NCBI RefSeq assembly: GCF_017995835.1
Contig: NZ_JAGOID010000048.1
Location: 1-23,783 of the forward strand
DNA: 23,783 nt
Origin: Amaricoccus sp.
GTDB taxonomy: Bacteria; Pseudomonadota; Alphaproteobacteria; Rhodobacterales; Rhodobacteraceae
Reading direction: 5' to 3'
This document shows positions 6,784 to 13,106 of the stretch, piece by piece. Positions within the stretch are counted from its first letter, which is position 1, and each line of letters begins with the position of its first letter. The position numbers were made by a program, and so were the translations under genes. Below the pieces are notes generated by a model that had not been told where the DNA came from, made no database searches, and saw nothing but the letters and a program-made list of their open reading frames with translations.

Positions 6784-8436
6784 TCAGGCGACCACCGGCC
6801 GGCGCCACATCGCGCGGGCGAAGCGGCCGGCGACGAAGGCCGAGTCGGTCAGGCTGGCGTTGCCGGACGGGTTGAGGCCGGTGACGTGGAAGTCGCTGAA
6901 GGCGGCCGACTGGTTGACGAAGATGTTGCCGGTGAGGTTGACCGAGAGGTTCGCGCCCGCCCGGGCGAAGGCGTCGGCGGCGCGGAGGATCCGCGCCTCG
7001 TCGGTGTCGTAGAGGGCGGCGGTGATCGCCCCCTTGTGCATCGCGAGCGCCGCGGCGCGAGCGATGCCGTCGTCGGCGTCGGCGACGGCGATCACGAAGG
7101 CGATCGGGCCGAAGCGCTCCTCGCCGTAGGCAGCCTCGTCGGCGGCGTCGACCGCGACGATCAGCGGCGTTGCGCTGCGGCCCCCGGCGAGAGGGGCGCT
7201 GTCGCGGACGACGCGGCCGAGGCTGCGCGCGTCGGCGACGCGGTCGATGGTCGCCGGATTCGCGATGGCGCCGGCGACGCCGGCGGCGCGGTCCGGATCG
7301 GCGAGCAGCTGATCCACGGCGTCGGCGATGCCGGCCGCGACCTCGTCGAAGGACTTTCGGCCCTCGTCGGTGTCGATGCCGTCCCACGGGACGAAGATGT
7401 CCTGCGGGGCAGTGCACATCTGGCCGGAGTAGAGCGAGAGCGAGAAGGCGACGTTGGCGCACATCGCGGCGAAGGCGTCGACGCCGGCGATGACGATCGA
7501 GTTCACGCCGGCCTCCTCGGTGTAGACGAGGGCTTCTCCGGCGTTCTCGCGCACCCAGGCGCCGAAGGCGTTGGAGCCGGTGTAGTCGACGATCCGTATC
7601 GCCGGGTGTCGCACGAGGTCCTTGGTGACCGGCGCCTCGGCCGAATCGGCGGCGAGAAGGACGACGTCGCGCGGGAAGCCCTCCTCGGCGAGGAGGTCGC
7701 GGAGCACGGCGACGGTCAGGGCGAGGGGCAGGGTGGCGCCGGGGTGCGGCTTCACGATGACGCTGTTACCGGTCGCGAGGCTGGCGAAGATGCCGGGATA
7801 GCTGTTCCAGGTCGGGAAGGTCTGGCAGCCGATGGCGAGGGCGACGCCGCGCGGGACGATGCGCCAGTGCTTCTCGATGACGATGGGGTCGGCCTTGCCC
7901 TGCGGTTTCTCCCAGACGGCTCGGGCCGGCGCGCGGGACATCTCGAGCCAGGCGGTGGCGACGGCCTCGAGGCCGCGGTCCTGCGCGTGAGGGCCGCCGG
8001 CCTGGAAGGCCATCGGGAAGGCTTGGCCGGTCGTGTGCATCACCGCGTTGCCCATCTCGAAGCTCATCGCGTTCAGCCGCTTCAGCGCCTCGAGGAGGAG
8101 GCCGACTCGGGTGTCCGGCGCCGCGGCGGCCCAGGCGGAACTGGCGGATTCGGAGGCGGCGACGAGGGTGGCAGCATCGGCGGAGGGATAGGTGATCCCG
8201 AGTGCGGGGCCGTAGGGCGAGACTTCGGCGCCGACGCGGGTCGATTCGGGGTGGCCGGGGAGGGCAAATGCCGCGCCGAGCCGCGCTTGGTAAGCCGTCT
8301 GCCCGTCCTCGCGGGCGGTCTCGCCATAGAATTTCCCGCTCGGAACCTCCGGGAAAGGCGACCAGAATCCCCGGTCACCCAGCGCTGCGACGGCTTGTTC
8401 GAGAAGCGTGCGATGCCGGTGGAAGAGCGAGGCCAT
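6784..8436 (-). CDS. paaN: PaaN2-type (PacL-like) aldehyde dehydrogenase of phenylacetate degradation
   Basis: 550 aa from the ATG at 8436 (RBS GGGAGA 7 nt upstream). The ORF-track start at 8655 runs through the AT-rich promoter region. Aldehyde dehydrogenase superfamily with catalytic Glu (YTEEAGVNS) and Cys (SGQMCTAPQ). The N-terminus LFHRHRTLLEQAVAALGDRGFWSPFPE resembles the stand-alone PaaN2 family as I remember it. Confidence 0.8.
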   Translation of the reverse strand: MASLFHRHRTLLEQAVAALGDRGFWSPFPEVPSGKFYGETAREDGQTAYQARLGAAFALPGHPESTRVGAEVSPYGPALGITYPSADAATLVAASESASSAWAAAAPDTRVGLLLEALKRLNAMSFEMGNAVMHTTGQAFPMAFQAGGPHAQDRGLEAVATAWLEMSRAPARAVWEKPQGKADPIVIEKHWRIVPRGVALAIGCQTFPTWNSYPGIFASLATGNSVIVKPHPGATLPLALTVAVLRDLLAEEGFPRDVVLLAADSAEAPVTKDLVRHPAIRIVDYTGSNAFGAWVRENAGEALVYTEEAGVNSIVIAGVDAFAAMCANVAFSLSLYSGQMCTAPQDIFVPWDGIDTDEGRKSFDEVAAGIADAVDQLLADPDRAAGVAGAIANPATIDRVADARSLGRVVRDSAPLAGGRSATPLIVAVDAADEAAYGEERFGPIAFVIAVADADDGIARAAALAMHKGAITAALYDTDEARILRAADAFARAGANLSVNLTGNIFVNQSAAFSDFHVTGLNPSGNASLTDSAFVAGRFARAMWRRPVVA

Positions 8437-8541
8437 CTGCGTTTCTCCCGATGTTGTTGCGTTTATAATTGACTGACCAGTCGGTTTATGCAACACTTTT
8501 TTTAACGGCTGCAGCGAGCGGTCGCCTTGGGAGGGAAGCCG
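8437..8541. promoter_or_regulatory. Divergent control region between paaN2 and paaG
   Basis: This is the most AT-rich stretch of the window. It contains a perfect TATAAT (8464-8469, + strand), TTGACT (8469-8474), a T7 run (8497-8503) and the palindromic motif at 8468-8489. Transcription start sites are not determinable from sequence. Confidence 0.55.
8468..8489 (+). promoter_or_regulatory. Candidate PaaR (TetR-type) operator, copy 1
   Basis: ATTGACTGACCAGTCGGTTTAT has a GACTG-AC-CAGTC inverted-repeat core. By hand alignment, 17 of 22 positions are identical to the reverse complement of 23518-23539 upstream of paaJ. Confidence 0.5.
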
Positions 8542-9348
8542 ATGACCGAGACTGCGGCCTTGTCTGAGACGGTGCTCGTCTCGCTCGACGCGGGGGTGCT
8601 GAGCCTCACCCTGAACCGCCCGGACAAGCTTAACTCCTTCAACGAGGAAATGCACCGGTCGCTGCGCGCCGGCATGGAGCGCGCCGCCTCCGACCCGGAA
8701 GTCCGGGCGATCCTGCTGACCGGCGCCGGCCGCGGCTTCTCCGCCGGCCAGGACCTTGGCGACCGCGACCCGCGCAAGGGCGGCGGGGCGCCGGACCTCG
8801 GGGCGACGATCGAGACCTTCTACAACCCGACCTTGCGGCTGATCCGCTCCATCGAAAAGCCGGTCGTCTGCGCCGTGAACGGCGTCGCCGCCGGCGCAGG
8901 CGCCAACATCGCGTTCGCCTGTGACATCGTGTTGGCGGCGAAGTCGGCCAAGTTCCTCCAGGCCTTCGCGAAGATCGGCCTCGTCCCCGACGCCGGGGGC
9001 AGTTGGTCGCTCGCCCGCATCCTCGGCGAGCCCCGCGCCAAGGCGCTGGCGCTCCTCGCCGAGCCGCTGCCGGCCGAGACCGCCGCCGACTGGGGCCTGA
9101 TCTGGAAGGCTGTCGACGACGCCGCGCTCCTCATCGAGGCCGAGTCGATCGCGAAGCGCCTCGCCGCCGGCCCGACCCGCGGCCTCGGCCTGACCAAGCG
9201 CGCGATCCAGGCGGCGGCGACCAACAGCCTCGACGCCCAGCTCGACCTCGAGCGCGACCTGCAGCGCGAGGCCGGCCGCACCGCCGACTACGCCGAGGGC
9301 GTCATCGCCTTCCTCGACAAGCGCCAGCCGGAGTTCTCGGGCAGATGA
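8542..9348 (+). CDS. paaG: 1,2-epoxyphenylacetyl-CoA isomerase (crotonase family)
   Basis: Near-colinear similarity to E. coli PaaG (LTLNRPDKLNSFNEEMH, LLTGAGRGFSAGQDLGDR, VCAVNGVAAGAGANIA, LDAQLDLERDLQREAGRTADYAEGV). ATG at 8542 follows GGAGGG, and I preferred it to the TTG at 8527. Confidence 0.9.
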   Translation: MTETAALSETVLVSLDAGVLSLTLNRPDKLNSFNEEMHRSLRAGMERAASDPEVRAILLTGAGRGFSAGQDLGDRDPRKGGGAPDLGATIETFYNPTLRLIRSIEKPVVCAVNGVAAGAGANIAFACDIVLAAKSAKFLQAFAKIGLVPDAGGSWSLARILGEPRAKALALLAEPLPAETAADWGLIWKAVDDAALLIEAESIAKRLAAGPTRGLGLTKRAIQAAATNSLDAQLDLERDLQREAGRTADYAEGVIAFLDKRQPEFSGR

Positions 9349-9800
9349 CCACCGCGACGCTCACCGCCGCTGGCCTCTCGCCGCAGCAGCTCGCCGAGGC
9401 CTGCGCCGAGGCGATGTGGTCCACCGACTGGACCTCGCAACGCCTCGGCATGCGGATCGAGCACATCGCGCCCGGCGAGGCCACCCTCTCCATGGACATC
9501 ACCGAGGACATGCTGAACGGCCACGGCAACGCCCACGGCGGCTTCATCTTCTCCGTCGCCGACTCAGCCTTCGCCTTCGCCTGCAACACCTATAACCAGC
9601 TTGCCGTCGCCTATCAGGTGTCGATCACCTACATGGCGCCGGGACGCAAGGGCGACCGGCTCACCGCCACCGCGCGCGAGCTCCATCGCGCCGGGCGCAA
9701 CGGCATCTACGACATCCACGTCACGAACGACCGGGGCGAGCCGGTGGCGGAGTTCCGCGGCCACTCGCGCACCGTCAAGGGAACCCACCTGCCGGAGTAG
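9345..9800 (+). CDS. paaI: Hydroxyphenylacetyl-CoA/phenylacetyl-CoA thioesterase (hotdog fold)
   Basis: 151 aa. MLNGHGNAHGGFIFSVADSAFAFACN and GDRLTATARELHRAGRNGIYDIHVTN match E. coli PaaI. The ATG forms an ATGA overlap with the paaG stop. The longer ORF-track start (9003) lies in a different frame inside paaG. Confidence 0.9.
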   Translation: MTTATLTAAGLSPQQLAEACAEAMWSTDWTSQRLGMRIEHIAPGEATLSMDITEDMLNGHGNAHGGFIFSVADSAFAFACNTYNQLAVAYQVSITYMAPGRKGDRLTATARELHRAGRNGIYDIHVTNDRGEPVAEFRGHSRTVKGTHLPE

Positions 9801-9838
9801 GCCCGGTTTCGACGGATTTTTTGGGGAGAGAACGCCAG

Positions 9839-11158
9839 ATGCCTAAACAACGTATGCGGCCCGGTCGGACGGAAGTGTTCGACCCGATCGAGACGGCTTC
9901 GCGCGACGAGATCGAGGCGCTGCAGTTCCACCGCATGAAGCGGACGCTCAGGCACGTCTACGAGAACGCGCCCTTCCACCGCAAGCGGTTCGACGAGGCC
10001 GGGGTGCATCCCGAGGACCTGAAGTCGCTGAAGGATCTGTCGAAGTTCCCCTTCACCACCAAGACCGACCTGCGCGACACCTATCCCTTCGGCATGTTCG
10101 CCGTGCCGCGCGAGGAGCTCGTGCGCATCCACGGCTCGTCGGGCACCACCGGCAAGCCGATCATCGTCGGCTACACCAAGCACGACATCGACGTCTGGGC
10201 CAACGTCGTCGCGCGCGCCATCCGGGCCGCCGGCGGGCACCGCGGCGACCTCGTCCACGTCGCCTACGGCTACGGCCTCTTCACCGGTGGCCTCGGCGCG
10301 CACTACGGCGCCGAGCGTCTCGGCTGCACCGTGGTTCCGATCTCCGGCGGCATGACCGAGCGCCAGGTCACGCTGATGCAGGACTTCAAGCCGCGCATCA
10401 TCATGGTGACGCCCTCCTACATGCTGTCGATCCTCGACGAGTTCCGCCGCCAGGGGCTCGACCCGCGCGAGTGCTCGCTCGAGCTCGGCATCTTCGGCGC
10501 CGAGCCCTGGACGAACGCCATGCGCGAGGAGATCGAGCAGGCCTTCGACATGGACGCGGTCGACATCTACGGCCTCTCCGAGATCATGGGCCCGGGCGTC
10601 GCCAGCGAGTGCGTCGAGACCAAGGACGGGCTGCACATCTGGGAAGACCACTTCTACCCGGAGATCGTCGACCCCGAGACCGGCGAGGTGCTGCCCGACG
10701 GCGAGCTGGGCGAGCTCGTCTTCACCACCCTCACCAAGGAGGGGATCCCGATGATCCGCTACCGCACGCGCGACCTGACCCGGCTGCTGCCGGGGACGGC
10801 GCGGTCGATGCGGCGCATGGAGAAGGTGACGGGGCGGTCCGACGACATGATCATCCTCCGCGGCGTCAACGTCTTCCCGACGCAGATCGAGGAGCAGATA
10901 CTGAAGTGCGCGGGCCTCACCCCGCATTTCCAGGTCGAGCTGGTGCGCAAGGGGCGGATGGACGACATGGTCGTCCACGTCGAGGCCGCCGCGAACGCTG
11001 CCTCGGCCGAGGCGCGGGCGGCGTCGGCGAAGGAGCTCGCCCATCACATCAAGAGCGTCGTCGGCGTCTCGACCAAGATCGTCGTCGCCGACCCGGACAG
11101 CGTCCAGCGCTCCGAGGGCAAGGCGAAGCGCGTGGTGGACAACCGGCCGAAAGAGTGA
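9839..11158 (+). CDS. paaK: Phenylacetate-CoA ligase
   Basis: Strong similarity to E. coli PaaK along the whole length (DPIETASRDEIEALQ, IHGSSGTTGKP, VAYGYGLFTGGLGAHYGAERLG, IRYRTRDLTRLLPGTARSMRR, GRSDDMIILRGVNVFP). ATG at 9839 has GGAGAG 9 nt upstream. Confidence 0.95.
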   Translation: MPKQRMRPGRTEVFDPIETASRDEIEALQFHRMKRTLRHVYENAPFHRKRFDEAGVHPEDLKSLKDLSKFPFTTKTDLRDTYPFGMFAVPREELVRIHGSSGTTGKPIIVGYTKHDIDVWANVVARAIRAAGGHRGDLVHVAYGYGLFTGGLGAHYGAERLGCTVVPISGGMTERQVTLMQDFKPRIIMVTPSYMLSILDEFRRQGLDPRECSLELGIFGAEPWTNAMREEIEQAFDMDAVDIYGLSEIMGPGVASECVETKDGLHIWEDHFYPEIVDPETGEVLPDGELGELVFTTLTKEGIPMIRYRTRDLTRLLPGTARSMRRMEKVTGRSDDMIILRGVNVFPTQIEEQILKCAGLTPHFQVELVRKGRMDDMVVHVEAAANAASAEARAASAKELAHHIKSVVGVSTKIVVADPDSVQRSEGKAKRVVDNRPKE

Positions 11159-11257
11159 TTTTGACCGACCCGACGGACGATGAATTGATCCGAGGGGATG
11201 GTCGGCAGCGGCCGTCCCCCACCGTCCGAGACCCGCGAGGGGATTGGAGCCGACGAA

Positions 11258-11857
11258 ATGGCACGGACACGCGCCAGTGACTTCGAGGAGAAGCAGCAGG
11301 GCCTCCTGATGAGCGCGGCGGCGGTCTTTGCCGAGCACGGCATGGAAAAGGCCTCGATGGCGCAGGTCGCCGCCCACTCTGGCGTGTCGAAAGCGCTCCT
11401 CTATCATTACTATCCGAGCAAGGACGCCCTGATCTTTGCCATCATCCACACCCATCTTGTCGAGCTCGAAGCCTCCGTCTCCGTGGCAGCCCAAGTGAGC
11501 CGGCCGCCGGAGGAGCAGCTGCGCGTGCTCGTGGGCGTGGTGCTCGAGAAGTACCGTGGAGCCGACGACGCCCACAGGGTGCAACTGATCGGTGGCGCGG
11601 CGCTCGCTTACGAGCAGCGCCGCGAGATCCGGGCGGTGGAGCGGCAGATCGTCGGACATTTCTCGGACGTGCTGCGTCGGGTGCATCCCGAACTCGACCG
11701 GCCGGATCGGCCGTTGCTGATGCCGGTCACGATGACGGTCTTCGGGGTGATGAACTCGGTTTACCTGTGGTTTCGCGAAGAGGGTCCGATCACGCGAAGT
11801 GACTACGCTCAAGTAGCGACGACCTTGATCCTTGAAGGCATCAAGGCTGTGCGCTGA
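11258..11857 (+). CDS. paaR: TetR/AcrR-family transcriptional regulator, probable PaaR
   Basis: N-terminal TetR helix-turn-helix (AAVFAEHGMEKASMAQVAAHSGVSKALLYHYYPSKDAL). ATG at 11258 has GGAG 9 nt upstream. The PaaR assignment comes from position in the paa cluster and the absence of a GntR-type paaX. Confidence 0.75.
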   Translation: MARTRASDFEEKQQGLLMSAAAVFAEHGMEKASMAQVAAHSGVSKALLYHYYPSKDALIFAIIHTHLVELEASVSVAAQVSRPPEEQLRVLVGVVLEKYRGADDAHRVQLIGGAALAYEQRREIRAVERQIVGHFSDVLRRVHPELDRPDRPLLMPVTMTVFGVMNSVYLWFREEGPITRSDYAQVATTLILEGIKAVR

Positions 11858-11909
11858 GGGAATGGTTGCCCCCGGTAGAGGCGGTGCGTCCGGCGGGGAG
11901 GGGGCGGCA

Positions 11910-11933
11910 ATCGGGGCGGATCGCCCCCCCGAT
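11910..11933. terminator. GC-rich imperfect hairpin between convergent paaR and paaY (possible bidirectional terminator)
   Basis: ATCGGGGCG-gat-CGCCCCCCCGAT is a stem with a three-C bulge. It lies 3 nt from the paaY stop and 53 nt from the paaR stop. Neither strand has a U-tract. Confidence 0.25.
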
Positions 11934-11936
11934 CGG

Positions 11937-12548
11937 TCAGTCGCCGAGCTTCAGGCGCTCGGCAATCAGCGGGTCGTAGTCCGGGGCACGAACCTGGCGA
12001 CGCCCTGGCTCGGGGACGGCGAGCGGCTCGGCCGGCGCGAGCTTGCCGGGTGCCTCGGCAGCGAGGCGCTGATACACGCCGGTGCCGCGGGTCTTCCACT
12101 CGATCTCCTGACGGGTGAGCTCGCGGACGACCTTGGCCGGAGAGCCGACGGCAAGGCTGCGAGGCGGGATCTTGCGGCCGGCCGGGACGAAGGCCATGGC
12201 CCCGACGATTGAATCCTCGCCGACCTCGGCCTCATCCATGATGACGGCGTTCATCCCGACCATGGCGTTTCGCCCGATGCGGCAGCCGTGCAGGACAGCG
12301 CCGTGGCCGATGTGGCCGCAGGGCTCGACGACGACGCCGAGGTTCGGGAAGGTGTGGACGACGCAGGTCTCCTGCACGTTGGCGCCATGGCCGATCTCGA
12401 TGCGGCCGAAGTCGCCGCGCAGTACGCACTGTGGCCCGATGTAGACGCCGGCGGCGATGATGACGTCGCCAATGACCGTAGCGTCGGGATGGACGAAGGC
12501 CTCGGGATCGACGACCGGAATGATGCCGTCCCATGACCAGATGCTCAT
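11937..12548 (-). CDS. paaY: PaaY, hexapeptide-repeat (gamma-carbonic-anhydrase-like) protein with thioesterase role in the paa pathway
   Basis: Colinear with E. coli PaaY (VVDPEAFVHPDATVIGDVII, LRGDFGRIEIGHGANVQE, GHIGHGAVLHGCRIGRNAMVGMNAVIMD, VGSPAKVVRELT). The start forms an ATGA overlap with the upstream thioesterase stop. Confidence 0.9.
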   Translation of the reverse strand: MSIWSWDGIIPVVDPEAFVHPDATVIGDVIIAAGVYIGPQCVLRGDFGRIEIGHGANVQETCVVHTFPNLGVVVEPCGHIGHGAVLHGCRIGRNAMVGMNAVIMDEAEVGEDSIVGAMAFVPAGRKIPPRSLAVGSPAKVVRELTRQEIEWKTRGTGVYQRLAAEAPGKLAPAEPLAVPEPGRRQVRAPDYDPLIAERLKLGD

Positions 12549-13024
12549 TGCCCGCCCTCCGTTGCGCGTTCCATTTCAGTGGTGATCTCCCGGCGCAGCC
12601 GGCGGCGGAGTTCGGCGGCGCGGTTGCGCCGGGCCTCGGCCGAGGTCTCGATGCGAAGCTCCGGCACCTCGGCGGGGCGGCTCGAGTCGTCGATGGCGAC
12701 CATAGTGAAGTAGCAGGAGTTAGTGTGGCGGACGGTGCCGGTGCGGATGTTCTCGGCCTCGACCCGGATGCCGACCTCCATCGACGTGCGGCCGGCGTGA
12801 TTGACCGCGGCGCGGAAGGTAACGAGCTCGCCGACGTTGATCGGTTCTTTGAAGGTCACCTGGTCAACCGAGAGGGTGACGGCGTAGCGGCCTGAGTAGC
12901 GCGAGGCTAGCGAGAAGGCGACTCGGTCGAGGAGGTTGAGGAGCGCGCCGCCATGGACCTTGCCGGAAAAGTTGGCCATGTCGGGGGTCATCAGGACAGT
13001 CATCTCCAGGCGGCGGTGATCCAT
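12545..13024 (-). CDS. Acyl-CoA thioesterase, hotdog fold (YciA/acyl-CoA hydrolase type)
   Basis: LMTPDMANFSGKVHGGALLNLLDRVAF and SCYFTMVAID are typical of the acyl-CoA hydrolase family. I preferred the ATG at 13024, with strong RBS GGAGAAGGAAG, over the GTG at 13066. Confidence 0.85.
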   Translation of the reverse strand: MDHRRLEMTVLMTPDMANFSGKVHGGALLNLLDRVAFSLASRYSGRYAVTLSVDQVTFKEPINVGELVTFRAAVNHAGRTSMEVGIRVEAENIRTGTVRHTNSCYFTMVAIDDSSRPAEVPELRIETSAEARRNRAAELRRRLRREITTEMERATEGGQ

Positions 13025-13077
13025 CTTCCTTCTCCGTGACAGGCAAGGGACAGGAGCGTCCGCCACTCGGGCGTCGG

Positions 13078-13101
13078 CCGCCGGGCGCGGACGCCCGGCG
13101 G
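13078..13101 (-). terminator. Perfect 10-bp GC stem-loop immediately downstream of the acylase gene
   Basis: CCGCCGGGCG-cgga-CGCCCGGCGG lies 5 nt after the pac stop (13107). No U-tract follows, so it may be an attenuator or mRNA-stabilising hairpin rather than a full terminator. Confidence 0.35.
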
Positions 13102-13106
13102 AAGCA

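Noticed and set aside
6719-7462. Extremely Arg-rich ORFs (247 aa on the - strand; also 7170-7493 on the + strand, 16366-17526 and 21233-22321 on the - strand)
   Set aside because: These are off-frame readings of GC-rich coding sequence (CGN/GCN repeats). They are not plausible proteins and overlap real genes.
5530-8472. 980-aa ORF on the + strand
   Set aside because: It is entirely antisense to the well-supported binding-protein and paaN2 genes. The translation is low-complexity and rich in G/A/R/D/E/V with no recognisable motifs. Long stop-free antisense frames are expected in DNA this GC-rich.
9801-9838. T6 tract (GATTTTTTGGGG) after the paaI stop, considered as an intrinsic terminator before paaK
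   Set aside because: No convincing upstream stem (at best 3 bp). paaK follows within 38 nt with its own RBS, so this is more likely simple spacer sequence.
9707-11812. 701-aa ORF on the - strand
   Set aside because: It is antisense to paaK and paaR, which both have strong homology support. Its composition is dominated by R/H/D/L/G and it has no recognisable domain.
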